DNA from: Syntrophales bacterium
Lineage (GTDB): Bacteria > Desulfobacterota > Syntrophia > Syntrophales > UBA2210
Length of the DNA: 64,000 nucleotides
Reading direction: 5' to 3'
NCBI GenBank assembly: GCA_963662405.2
Contig: CAXXKT010000001.1
Location: 992,001-1,056,000, forward strand
In this document: positions 9,144-19,987 of the stretch, one piece after another
Position numbering within the stretch: position 1 is the first letter of the stretch
How the letters are laid out: every line of letters starts with the position of its first letter
The notes under the pieces: model-generated
Database searches by the model: none
Seen by the model: the letters and a program-made list of their open reading frames with translations, nothing else
Told to the model about the DNA's origin: nothing
Made by a program: the position numbers and the translations under genes

Positions 9144-10202
9144 ATGGACCTCTATGATTACGCGGGGGTGATCCATCTCCATTCTGCCTATTCCTTTGAC
9201 GGACGGACGTCCGTTGACGAGATTGTAAGAGCGGCAGATGAAACAGGGACCGATTTTCTTATGATCACCGACCACTTCACCCTGGAAGCCAGGAAAAAGG
9301 GTCAGGAAGGATGGCATGATGGTGTCCTGCTCGTCGTTGGCCAGGAGATCTCACCACGATTCAATCATTACCTTGCCTTCGGTGTCGATGAAGAGATCAT
9401 ACTTGATGAATCCGACGAACACGCCTCGCCGCAGGAGTATATAGACAAGGTGCGACAACACGGGGGTATCGGGTTTATCGCTCACCCCGACCATGAAGGA
9501 ACGAAATTGTTTCACGTGAAACAATTTCCCTGGAAGGACTGGTCGGTCTCGGGTTATACCGGCATGGGTGTGTGGGATTTTATGACCGACTGGCAGTCCA
9601 CCCTGCAAAGTCTTCCCCGCGCCTTGGCAGGGTACCTCTGCCCCGCATATGTCTTGAGAGGCCCCCGGGAAATCACCCTGAAACGGTGGGATCGCCTTAA
9701 TCAACAGGGGAAAGTGGTCGGAATCGGTGAGCTGGACAATCATGATACCCCCTATACAATAGGGAAAATGACGATCGGAATCTTCCCTTTTCGCCGTGTC
9801 CTACGGCTTGTCAGAACCCATATACTGCTCGATAGTCCTCTCAGCGGTCAAGCGGGTGATGATATGAACCGACTCCTCCATGCCCTCGCGCACGGGCGGA
9901 CTTATATCGCCATGGAGCATTTTCGGAACGCCAAAGGGTTTTCCTTCATGGTCGCCGATGCGGATCGTGACTTTACCATGGGTGATGAGCTGGTATTGCA
10001 GGGAGAGGGCCTGTTGCAGGTGACCGTCCCGCATGCGGGACGGATACACATTATCCGTAACGGTCATTGCTGTGCGCAAAGGGTTGGGACGGAGATGAGA
10101 TATGCCATAAAGAAGAAAGGTGTTTACCGGGTCGAGGTATATGCCACGGTCTGGGGGCACTACCGTCCCTGGATATTTTCAAACCCCGTCTATGTTATAT
10201 GA
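9144..10202 (+). CDS. PHP-domain metallohydrolase (CehA/McbA-like)
   Basis: HLHSAYSFDG, TDH, AHP, DNH metal ligands; C-terminal YRVE..WIFSNPVY; GGAGG RBS. Confidence 0.85.
   Translation: MDLYDYAGVIHLHSAYSFDGRTSVDEIVRAADETGTDFLMITDHFTLEARKKGQEGWHDGVLLVVGQEISPRFNHYLAFGVDEEIILDESDEHASPQEYIDKVRQHGGIGFIAHPDHEGTKLFHVKQFPWKDWSVSGYTGMGVWDFMTDWQSTLQSLPRALAGYLCPAYVLRGPREITLKRWDRLNQQGKVVGIGELDNHDTPYTIGKMTIGIFPFRRVLRLVRTHILLDSPLSGQAGDDMNRLLHALAHGRTYIAMEHFRNAKGFSFMVADADRDFTMGDELVLQGEGLLQVTVPHAGRIHIIRNGHCCAQRVGTEMRYAIKKKGVYRVEVYATVWGHYRPWIFSNPVYVI
9508..9523. promoter_or_regulatory. parS centromere site
   Basis: Exact consensus TGTTTCACGTGAAACA within a 26-bp perfect palindrome 9503-9528; parAB about 7 kb away. 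Confidence 0.92.
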
Positions 10203-10206
10203 GATC

Positions 10207-10605
10207 TTACAGCAGGGTGACGATGACCTGTCGTGATGCCCGGGGTCCGTCAAACTCACAGAAGAAGATATTCTGCCACGTACTGAGAAGGATTTGGCCG
10301 TCCTGCACGGGGATGACTTCCGACGGCCCCACGATTCCCGCTTTGATATGGGCGTCACCGTTGCCATCAATCCGATCATGCAGCCACTGCCCGTTGGGGG
10401 CTATGGTCCGGAGACAGCTGAGCACATCAATCGGTATGTTCGGGTCCCAGTTCTCCTGTATCATTATGGCCGCCGTTGCTCCCAGCGCGTAGAGTGAGCA
10501 GAGCGTATGCCCGGCACCATGCGCGGATACGATGGTTCGAACCTTCTCCGTGATATCCACCAGCTCTTCCCGGGATGAGGTGCTGAAGGTGATGGTCGTT
10601 CTCAT
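10207..10605 (-). CDS. yjbQ: YjbQ/UPF0047 family protein
   Basis: QENWDPN, HDRIDGNGDAHIKA, LSTWQNIFFCEFDGPR. Confidence 0.92.
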   Translation of the reverse strand: MRTTITFSTSSREELVDITEKVRTIVSAHGAGHTLCSLYALGATAAIMIQENWDPNIPIDVLSCLRTIAPNGQWLHDRIDGNGDAHIKAGIVGPSEVIPVQDGQILLSTWQNIFFCEFDGPRASRQVIVTLL

Positions 10606-10720
10606 GATCTTCTCCCGTCGGTGGTCACGCGAAGGGAGATCGTGATCTGTTCGCGCGATTATGGTATTTCCCCTGCTCGGCCGGGGGAAAGTATACGAGA
10701 GAGGAAAACGGCGGTCAAGG

Positions 10721-12676
10721 TCAATCGTTACGCGTCATTTCGTCTATTTCTTCTTCAATAGCCGCCCATGTGTCGTACAGAGACGCCAGCCGGGAGGTTG
10801 TCTGGGTATATTCTACCTGGAGGGACCGGATGAAGGCATCATCCTGGTAGGTCTTTTGGTCTGAGAAGGCGCATTCCATCTCGCCTTTTTTCCGCTCATA
10901 GGCGTTGATCTCCTGCTCGATCAGTTCCTGCGATGCTTTCAACGGTTTCAGTTGCCGGTAGCGCTCCTGCCGACTCTCGGCTTCCTTCCGTTTCCGATCT
11001 TTCTGTGAAGAGGCCGGATTTGTCGTTCCGGAGAGGGTATCCGCCGCGGCGAGCGGTTCCTGCTGGTGGCACCTCTCCAGGTATTCGTCGACATTCCCAT
11101 GATACAGGTGTAGTGCATTGTCTTTCAGGACCGCTACTTTGGTGATAAGAGGAGTGAGAAAATCCCTGTCGTGAGAGACGATCAAATAGGCCCCGGGGAA
11201 GCGTTCGAGACTGCTCTGGAGGATGGCTTTTGACTGGGTGTCGAGGTGATTGGTCGGTTCATCCATGATCAGCAGGTTCGCCGGTTTCAGGATCATACTT
11301 GCGAGGGCGAGCCTGCTCTTCTCACCCCCCGAGAGGACGGAAACCGGTTTAAAGGCGTCGTCGCCCGAAAAGAGGAAACAACCGAGGAGCGTTCGCAGCT
11401 CGCCGGGGGCCTTCAGGGGAGAGGCGGCATCAAGTGTTTCCAAGATCGTCTTGCCCGGATCCAGTGCTTCCACGGTATTCTGAGCATAGTACGAGAGTAT
11501 GGCATGGTGTCCGGGCGTTCGGTGGCCGACCTGAAAGGTATCGATCCCGGCGATAATACGAGCGAGGGTCGATTTTCCGGAACCGTTTGGTCCGAGGAGG
11601 GCGATTCGATCCGTGCGTTCAATGGTGAGATCAACCCCCTCGAGGACCCGGTGGTCACCGTAGGCCTTCGAAAGGTTCTCGATTTCCATGACCACCCGAC
11701 CGGCACGGGGCGGGGCAGGAAAATCGAGGGACATGGAGTGCCCATCGCTCTCTATCTCAATCGTCTCCATCTTTTCGAGTTGCTTGATGCGGCTCTGGAC
11801 CTGCCGTGCCTTGGTGCTTTTGTATCGGAATCGCTCGATAAACCGGTTCGTGCTGTCGACCATGCGCTGCCTATTTTTGGAAGAAGCCTCGATGATCGCA
11901 CGACGGTCGGCCCGCTGGGTCAGATATGAAGAATAATTGCCGGAATATTCTGTCGCCATTCCCCTCGCTATCTCGATTACCGTGCCGACGAGGTTGTCGA
12001 GGAAACGGCTGTCATGGGAGACCAGGACGAGCGAACCGTGGTAGCCCTTCAGATATTCTTCGATCCACTCCAGTGATTCAATGTCGAGATGATTCGTCGG
12101 TTCATCGAGCATCAGGATCGTCGGTTCACGGAGAAGGAGTTTGGCAAGGGCTATCCGCATCTGCCACCCACCACTGAACTCCTCCGTCATACGGGAGAAG
12201 TCGGTTTCGGAGAAACCGAGACCGGTGAGGACCTGTTTCATCTTTACCTCGACGGTGTACCCCTCGCGCTGTTCCAGAATAGACTGCGCCCGCCCCATTT
12301 CGTTCACCAGTTCGTCCAGACCGGGAGTGCTTGATCCCCCGTGGGCGGTCATGGCTTCGATTTCAATCCCAATTTCTTCAATCCTCTTCTGGAGACGGTT
12401 CAGATCATCGAAGGCGGTTGCCGTTTCCTCAAGGAGAGAACGGCCGGTATGATATACGTGGTCTTGAGGAAGGTATCCGACGCTGTTGAAACGAGACCTG
12501 AGGATTGTGCCTCCGTCAGGTTCTATGTCCCCCAGGATGATCTTCATGAGGGTCGACTTCCCTGTTCCATTACGCCCGACAAAAGCGATTCGGGTCCCGT
12601 CCTCTATGTGAAGGGAAAGATCCCTGAAGAGATATTGTCCGCTATACTGCTTTGATATGTCCTGGAGAGAGATCAT
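10721..12676 (-). CDS. ABC-F family ATPase (ribosome-associated)
   Basis: Two ABC domains (GRNGTGKST/FSGGWQMR/LDEPTNHLD and GPNGSGKST/LSGGEKSR), linker KARQVQSRIK, C-terminal coiled coil, no TM segments. Confidence 0.93.
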   Translation of the reverse strand: MISLQDISKQYSGQYLFRDLSLHIEDGTRIAFVGRNGTGKSTLMKIILGDIEPDGGTILRSRFNSVGYLPQDHVYHTGRSLLEETATAFDDLNRLQKRIEEIGIEIEAMTAHGGSSTPGLDELVNEMGRAQSILEQREGYTVEVKMKQVLTGLGFSETDFSRMTEEFSGGWQMRIALAKLLLREPTILMLDEPTNHLDIESLEWIEEYLKGYHGSLVLVSHDSRFLDNLVGTVIEIARGMATEYSGNYSSYLTQRADRRAIIEASSKNRQRMVDSTNRFIERFRYKSTKARQVQSRIKQLEKMETIEIESDGHSMSLDFPAPPRAGRVVMEIENLSKAYGDHRVLEGVDLTIERTDRIALLGPNGSGKSTLARIIAGIDTFQVGHRTPGHHAILSYYAQNTVEALDPGKTILETLDAASPLKAPGELRTLLGCFLFSGDDAFKPVSVLSGGEKSRLALASMILKPANLLIMDEPTNHLDTQSKAILQSSLERFPGAYLIVSHDRDFLTPLITKVAVLKDNALHLYHGNVDEYLERCHQQEPLAAADTLSGTTNPASSQKDRKRKEAESRQERYRQLKPLKASQELIEQEINAYERKKGEMECAFSDQKTYQDDAFIRSLQVEYTQTTSRLASLYDTWAAIEEEIDEMTRND

Positions 12677-12722
12677 GGCTGGTCGAATACCCGGTGACAA
12701 GTGTCATCCAGATTGTTGATAT

Positions 12723-13217
12723 TCAAACGCTTTCCTTCTCGGAGACTTCCACGCTTACCATGCGGTCACCCTGTCGGATTGCATCGACCACATCTTGGCC
12801 CGTTAGTATCTCCCCGAATACCGTGTGGTGTCCGTCCAGGTGCGGCTGGGGCGAATGAGTGATGAAAAACTGACTCCCGTTCGTATGCGGCCCGGCGTTT
12901 GCCATGGAGATGACCCCCGTCTCGTGCCTCAAGGGGTTGTCCTGAATTTCATCCTCAAATTGATACCCCGGTCCCCCCGCACCGGTCCCGGTGGGGTCAC
13001 CGCCCTGGATCATGAAATCGCTGATCACCCGGTGGAACAGCAGGCCATTATAAAACCCTTCCCGTATCAGAAATACGAAGTTGTTGACCGTCTTGGGGGC
13101 ATGCTGGGGATACAGTGCCAACTCAATATCACCCCTGTCAGTCTTCATAGAGACCTGGTAGATCATTTCCGTATTGATCTGCATGGCCGGAGGATCGCTC
13201 CATTGGTGTTGATTCAT
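12723..13217 (-). CDS. Cyclophilin-type peptidyl-prolyl isomerase
   Basis: [46 protein letters not shown]. Confidence 0.95.
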   Translation of the reverse strand: MNQHQWSDPPAMQINTEMIYQVSMKTDRGDIELALYPQHAPKTVNNFVFLIREGFYNGLLFHRVISDFMIQGGDPTGTGAGGPGYQFEDEIQDNPLRHETGVISMANAGPHTNGSQFFITHSPQPHLDGHHTVFGEILTGQDVVDAIRQGDRMVSVEVSEKESV

Positions 13218-13340
13218 AGGTTTTCTCCTTGTAATAATCGTATTGCCGCTCGTGTTTACATCTTGTTACGTCCCGCAACAATGGGGAAAGACTGAAAAAC
13301 GGAGACGTCGATTCATCCGTTCATGGTGGAAGCTCCTCCC

Positions 13341-14411
13341 TTATGCCACTGGGGATTTGAGCGACTCAGTCTGATAATGGGTGGTAAGGGTATCGATAAT
13401 CGTATCGATATCCCCATCCATAATATTTTCAAGATTATACAGGGTGAGTCCGATTCGATGATCCGTCATCCGACCCTGGGGGAAATTGTAGGTCCTGATC
13501 CGTTGGCTTCGATCCCCGCTTCCGACCTGCTGTTTTCTCGTTTCGGAGATCGCGGCATCGTGCTCCTCGCGGGCCTGTTCAAAGAGTCTGGCTCGGAGGA
13601 CCTTGAGGGCCTTTGCACGGTTCTTGTGCTGTGATTTTTCATCCTGACAGGTAACGACCAAGCCGGTTGGTAGATGGGTAATCCGGACGGCGGAGTCCGT
13701 CGTATTGACGCTTTGTCCTCCGTGTCCTGTGGATCGATAGACGTCGATCCGAAGATCGTTTGGATCGATATTGACCTCCACCTCCTCGGCTTCGGGAAGA
13801 ACGGCGACCGTGACGGCGGAGGTATGGATTCTGCCCTGTGCCTCGGTCAGCGGTACCCTTTGGACCCGGTGAACACCGCTCTCATACTTCAGCCTGCTGT
13901 AAGCGCCGTTTCCCTCGATGAGGAGGATCACCTCCTTAAATCCGCCGATACCTCCGGTGATACTGGAGCTGATCATTTCCATTTTCCAGTTGCATCGTTC
14001 CGCGTAGCGGGCGTACATCCTGTACAGATCCCCGGCAAAGAGTCCTGCCTCGTCTCCTCCCGTACCGGCCCGGATTTCCAGGACGACGTTTCGCTCGTCG
14101 TTCGGATCCTTGGGGAGTAAAAGGAACTTTAAGCGTTCTTCCAGGGCCTCCTGGTTTTCCTTGAGGTGGGGCAGCTCCTCTTTTGCCAGTTCCCGGAGTT
14201 CTTCATCGCCCTCTCGGAGGAGGCTTTTATTATCCTCTATCTGGGCGCCGACACGACTGTATGCCCGATAGGCCTCGACGATATCGGCAATGGCGGCGTG
14301 TTCCTTGGCATATTTCTGATATGAGTTATAATTGGCTATTATCGCGGGGTCACTCAGCAGACCTTCAAGATCCTCGTAGCGCTTTTCGATTTCTTTCAGC
14401 TTTGACAGCAT
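13341..14411 (-). CDS. prfA: Peptide chain release factor 1
   Basis: [21 protein letters not shown] (PxT), GGQ motif, RIRTYNFPQ. Confidence 0.97.
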   Translation of the reverse strand: MLSKLKEIEKRYEDLEGLLSDPAIIANYNSYQKYAKEHAAIADIVEAYRAYSRVGAQIEDNKSLLREGDEELRELAKEELPHLKENQEALEERLKFLLLPKDPNDERNVVLEIRAGTGGDEAGLFAGDLYRMYARYAERCNWKMEMISSSITGGIGGFKEVILLIEGNGAYSRLKYESGVHRVQRVPLTEAQGRIHTSAVTVAVLPEAEEVEVNIDPNDLRIDVYRSTGHGGQSVNTTDSAVRITHLPTGLVVTCQDEKSQHKNRAKALKVLRARLFEQAREEHDAAISETRKQQVGSGDRSQRIRTYNFPQGRMTDHRIGLTLYNLENIMDGDIDTIIDTLTTHYQTESLKSPVA

Positions 14412-14613
14412 GGTGTCTTTCCTGGGTTACGAGTGACGTACTGCAATGGGAGAGGTGGCGTTCGAAGATAAACCTTACAAGAAGACCAAAAACCCCGAAC
14501 CAAGCCAACCGGACGGGCGTGCTGATGGCACGGTTCACGCCATAGCATCACTTCACACCGAAGAATGTTGGAGAAGCCGCGGCTACACTGTACCGGGTTG
14601 CTGACACATGTCA

Positions 14614-14820
14614 CTACTTGCTACGGTCGCCATATTTGCGGTTAAATTTTTCTATCCGTCCCGCGGTATCCATGATCTTCTGCTTACCGGTGAAGAACGG
14701 ATGACACTTGGAACAGATCTCTACCTTGATATCACCTGCCGTTGATCTGGTTTCGATAATATTTCCACACACACACGTCACCGTTGAATTCTTATATTCC
14801 GGGTGAATATCCTTTTTCAT
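14614..14820 (-). CDS. rpmE: 50S ribosomal protein L31 (zinc-binding form)
   Basis: [12 protein letters not shown] and [26 protein letters not shown]. Confidence 0.97.
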   Translation of the reverse strand: MKKDIHPEYKNSTVTCVCGNIIETRSTAGDIKVEICSKCHPFFTGKQKIMDTAGRIEKFNRKYGDRSK

Positions 14821-14855
14821 GCTCGTACCAGCCTCCTCACAAATTAAAACTGCGT

Positions 14856-14883
14856 ATTATATCCATATCAAAATGGATTTCAA
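14856..14883 (-). promoter_or_regulatory. sigma70 promoter for rpmE-prfA
   Basis: TTGAAA-16 bp-TATAAT on the minus strand. Confidence 0.6.
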
Positions 14884-14906
14884 GAAAATAAATCAGTCAG
14901 AAGATA

Positions 14907-16154
<1,248 letters not shown>

Positions 16155-16515
16155 ATCTAATTCCTCTATATTGGGGTTTTCGTACCGACGCTTACTCGCT
16201 ATCACTTACACACGCTACGCGCGCACACAGGGCTCATGCGGTTCGGGAGGACAAACAGTGTATCTGACTGAAAACAATGGAATGCATACAAAGGCCTTGG
16301 AGACAATCCAGATCTTTCTTACGATACTCACTTCCTCACAACGGTATGGACCTGTTTGGTGGTCGTTATAGAATAATGCTTAAATTTATGAAGCATCAGG
16401 GCTTTCCAAAGGCCCTTTCATACAGGTTTTCCTGTGCAATGATCTCGTCTTCTTGGTAGCTAACACGGTCTCCTGAAAATCTTTAGAAAGGAAGGTTTTA
16501 GCACATGAAAGTTGC

Positions 16516-16544
16516 TTCCTATATGAAATCGGAGGGGGTGTCAA
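16516..16544 (-). promoter_or_regulatory. Putative rho promoter inside the pgeF 3' end
   Basis: Perfect TTGACA followed after 17 bp by a weak TAGGAA. Confidence 0.4.
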
Positions 16545-17415
16545 GTAGTTTTTTGCTTTTCATCAGTTCCGACTCCTCGTGCAGCATAAGGAAGCTGATC
16601 TGTCTGCCCGTGTTACCCTCCTCCGCCCTGTGCGAATAAAAGATGTCATGCCGACAGGAGGTACAGATATCAGCGGAGAATATGTTTTCCGGGGGAATCC
16701 CCGTGTGAAGAAGCTGCAAACGATTAGCTGCGGGCAGATTACACATCCATTTTCCCGCCCTTCTTCCCGGCGTGAAGGCGCGTTGTTGTGCCGGTGTATT
16801 ATCGAAGGAGTGAAAAACGGACGCATCCACTTCGTAACAGCACGGCCCGATGGAAGGACCGATGGCGACGATGATATCGGTCGGGTCGGAGGCGAATACG
16901 TGGATCATCCGCTCGATTGCGTTGGTGGCGATTCCACTGGCAGTGCCCCGCCATCCGGCGTGGACGACCCCGATGATTCTTTTCATCCGATCGGCAATCA
17001 GCAGCGGGACGCAATCGGCGGTCTTGATCCCGATGGCGATTCCCTGAACAGCGGTCAAGATCCCGTCGTATGGAAGATAAGCAGTGGAATCGAGCCGTTG
17101 CGTCGTCTCATCGATGATCAGAAGCCGGTCACCGTGCACCTGTGATACCGTTGCGGGATTATCGCGCGGAAGGTCGAAGGCGGTGCGAAGCCGTTCCCGG
17201 TTGTGTTCCAGGTGTTCTTCGCTATCGCCCACCTGCACCCCGAAATTAAAATCGGTCAGTCGCCCCTCGCTGGTCCCGCCCCACCGGGTGCAGAAGCCGT
17301 GGGTTATCGACCCACACTCCTCCAGTGCTCGGCACTCGATGTATCGCATCGTACCCCGGCGGGTGAGCATGAATGTACCGTTGGTCCCCCCGTGGTAGCT
17401 GGTATAGTCAGGCAT
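16519..17415 (-). CDS. pgeF: Peptidoglycan editing factor / YfiH polyphenol oxidase family
   Basis: QVHG, KTADCVP, HAGWRG, GPSIGPCCYEV, FYSHR. Confidence 0.92.
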   Translation of the reverse strand: MPDYTSYHGGTNGTFMLTRRGTMRYIECRALEECGSITHGFCTRWGGTSEGRLTDFNFGVQVGDSEEHLEHNRERLRTAFDLPRDNPATVSQVHGDRLLIIDETTQRLDSTAYLPYDGILTAVQGIAIGIKTADCVPLLIADRMKRIIGVVHAGWRGTASGIATNAIERMIHVFASDPTDIIVAIGPSIGPCCYEVDASVFHSFDNTPAQQRAFTPGRRAGKWMCNLPAANRLQLLHTGIPPENIFSADICTSCRHDIFYSHRAEEGNTGRQISFLMLHEESELMKSKKLLDTPSDFI

Positions 17416-18399
17416 GGCCGCTTCGCTCCTTCAAGGCCGAACAGACCCGGACTATATCATTCGGGAGCGGGGCCGAAAAGTGTCGTATCTCTCCGGATAT
17501 CGGGTGGTAAAAAGAAAGTTCGCTTGCATGAAGGGCCTGTCGGCGCATTTGTTTCAACGCCGTCTGCCCTGCGTTATCCGGTACCATGGCAATCCGTTTT
17601 TTTGAGTTTCCGTAGACGGTGTCTCCGACAACGGGATACCCGATCGCGTTCATGTGGACCCGGATCTGGTGGGTCCGTCCGGTTTCGATCCGGACGGCCA
17701 GGAGTGTTGCGATACCATACCGTTCCTCGACCTGCCAGTGAGTCAGCGAATCCTTCCCACGCCTGCTCCCGGTGGACATCTTTTTCCGGTCCACGGGGTG
17801 TCTCCCGATCGGCAGGGCGATGATCCCCTCCCCTTCCTGAGGCTCTCCATGCACGAGGGCTCGGTATAGTTTGGTCACGCTATGTTCCTTGAACTGGGTG
17901 GCCAGCCCGAGGTGGGCCGCATCCGATTTGGCGGTTACGATCAGGCCCGAGGTGTTCTTGTCCAGACGATGCACGATACCGGGTCTTTTAACCCCGCCGA
18001 TCCCTGAAAGATCGGTACAGTGAAACAAGAGGGCGTTCACGAGGGTCCCACCGTAGTTGCCCGCTGCCGGGTGGACCACCATCCCGGCCGGTTTGTTCAC
18101 GACAAGGAGGTGCGCGTCTTCGTAAATGATATCGAGGGGCAGGTCCTCCGGGGCAAGGTCGTATTCTTCCGGCTGTACCCGCTCGACGAGGATCAGATCA
18201 CCGCTCTTCAGGCGGTACCCCGGTTTTACCGGCAGATCCCCGACCCGTACCCGACCCTTCTCAACGACCCGCTTGATCTGAGAACGGCTTCCAAAGAGAC
18301 CCGTATACGATAGAAAGATATCGAGTCGTTTCCCGCCCTGATCGGGGGGTACCCTCATGGTAAACACTCTCTCATCTCCGGTTTGTGGCTGAATGGTCA
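17408..18399 (-). CDS. rluD: RluA-family pseudouridine synthase (RluD)
   Basis: S4 domain, VNKPAGMVVHP, IVHRLDKNTSGL, TGRTHQIRVH, QALHA; classic rluD-pgeF pair; start uncertain (up to 18484). Confidence 0.92.
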
Positions 18400-18480
18400 T
18401 GGTAATAGTGGTTGTGACGGGGAGCAAAGAACCCTTTCTGTGAGTCTTTTCCGTGAACGGGCGATGGAATGGACGGATCC

Positions 18481-19899
18481 TCACGCCCCGGCGGCTATCC
18501 GTGCCATACCGTCCGCGATAAAAACGAATTCCTCATCCGTGACGGTACGAAGATCGAGGAGGACCTTGTCATCATAGACCCTCGTAATAATGGGAATTTC
18601 TGATTGTCGCAATTTCTTTTCCAGTGCGCTCGTTGAGAGCGAGCGGGACTCGACGGCGATAACGATAGTGGGAATCTCCTGCGTGGGGAGAGATCCTCCC
18701 CCGGCCAGCGATGTGTCTGCCCGCGTGGTGAATGTCATGTCCGAAAGGGAACGGTCCTTCAGGAGTGCCACCAATGACCGTGCCCTCTTTTCGACCTCGG
18801 CAAGCGGTTCCGTCAGGGCACGCAGGACCGGTATGTCGGAGATCGCAGCGCCGAGATCAAGATAATGGATCATCGTTGCCTCGAGGGCCGCCAGGGTCAA
18901 TTTATCGATCCGGAGTGCCCGATTGAGGGGGTTCTTCTTGATCTGTTCGAGGATAACCTTTCTCCCCACGATGATTCCTGCCTGCGGTCCCCCGAGAAGC
19001 TTATCACCGCTGAAGGTGACGACATCAACGCCACTTCTGATCACCTCTTGGACCGTCGGTTCTCCTGCGAAACCATAGGAACCGAGATTCACGAAGCAGC
19101 CGCTTCCCAGGTCGTTCATCACCGGCACAGTCTTTTGCTTGCCGAGTGCCACCAGCTCGTCCAGGCCAATTTCTTCGATGAAGCCGACCACTTTAAAGTT
19201 ACTCGTGTGGACCTTCAGGATCAAGCCGGTATTGGCGTCGATGGCCTTTTCATAATCGGCGTAGTGGGTGCGATTCGTGGTTCCCACCTCCCTCAGAATG
19301 GCACCGCTCTTTTCCATCACCTCGGGGATACGGAATTCACCCCCAATCTCGATCAGTTCGCCCCGTGAAACGATTGCCTCTTTCCCCTCAGATAGGGTGT
19401 TGAGGGCAAGGAGGACGGCGGCGGCATTATTATTGACGATGAGGGCATCTTCCGCCCCCGATACGGCGCAGATGATTTCTCTGACGTGGTCGTACCGTAT
19501 CCCCCGTTTCCCCTGATCGAGGTCGAACTCGAGATTGGAATACCCTTCGCTGATGGCGGAGAGTCGATTGATGGCTTCCCTGCAGAGCGGCGCTCTTCCG
19601 AGATTCGTGTGCAGGATGATACCCGTCGCGTTGACCACGCGGCGGAGGCTTGGGATATAGAGGGATATCAACTCATTGCGTACCCTCTGGGCCACCTCAT
19701 CGGGCGAAACGGGAGGAAACTGGACTTTTTCCCCCTTCGCGGTCAGTATCGTCCTTCGCATCTCTTCGACCACCTGGCGACACTTCCTCACCACAATCTC
19801 ACGGGACATCCCCTCAAAGGAACCCTCTCGTTCGAGAATGATAAGCAGTTCATCAATCTTCGGGAGATTTTTCAGTAGATCGTTGGCCGTATCACTCAT
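18481..19899 (-). CDS. selA: L-seryl-tRNA(Sec) selenium transferase
   Basis: VVNATGIILHTNLGRA, YSNLEFDL, VNNNAAAV, SRGELIEIGG, FSGDKLLGGPQAG, RALRIDK. Confidence 0.97.
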   Translation of the reverse strand: MSDTANDLLKNLPKIDELLIILEREGSFEGMSREIVVRKCRQVVEEMRRTILTAKGEKVQFPPVSPDEVAQRVRNELISLYIPSLRRVVNATGIILHTNLGRAPLCREAINRLSAISEGYSNLEFDLDQGKRGIRYDHVREIICAVSGAEDALIVNNNAAAVLLALNTLSEGKEAIVSRGELIEIGGEFRIPEVMEKSGAILREVGTTNRTHYADYEKAIDANTGLILKVHTSNFKVVGFIEEIGLDELVALGKQKTVPVMNDLGSGCFVNLGSYGFAGEPTVQEVIRSGVDVVTFSGDKLLGGPQAGIIVGRKVILEQIKKNPLNRALRIDKLTLAALEATMIHYLDLGAAISDIPVLRALTEPLAEVEKRARSLVALLKDRSLSDMTFTTRADTSLAGGGSLPTQEIPTIVIAVESRSLSTSALEKKLRQSEIPIITRVYDDKVLLDLRTVTDEEFVFIADGMARIAAGA

Positions 19900-19987
19900 G
19901 CTGGTACGAACCCTCCCCGTATCGGAACCTGTCACCGATCAGCCACGCAAATAGAAAAAACCGTTCGAAATTGCACATGACAAACCC

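Noticed and set aside
14396..14614. 72-aa ORF between rpmE and prfA
   Set aside because: No recognisable motif or RBS, and it overlaps prfA; no RNA motif recognised either.
14861..14878. ATCCAT-N6-ATGGAT in the rpmE promoter as a Zur box
   Set aside because: Short arms, and this L31 is the Cys-containing form, which is not normally Zur-regulated.
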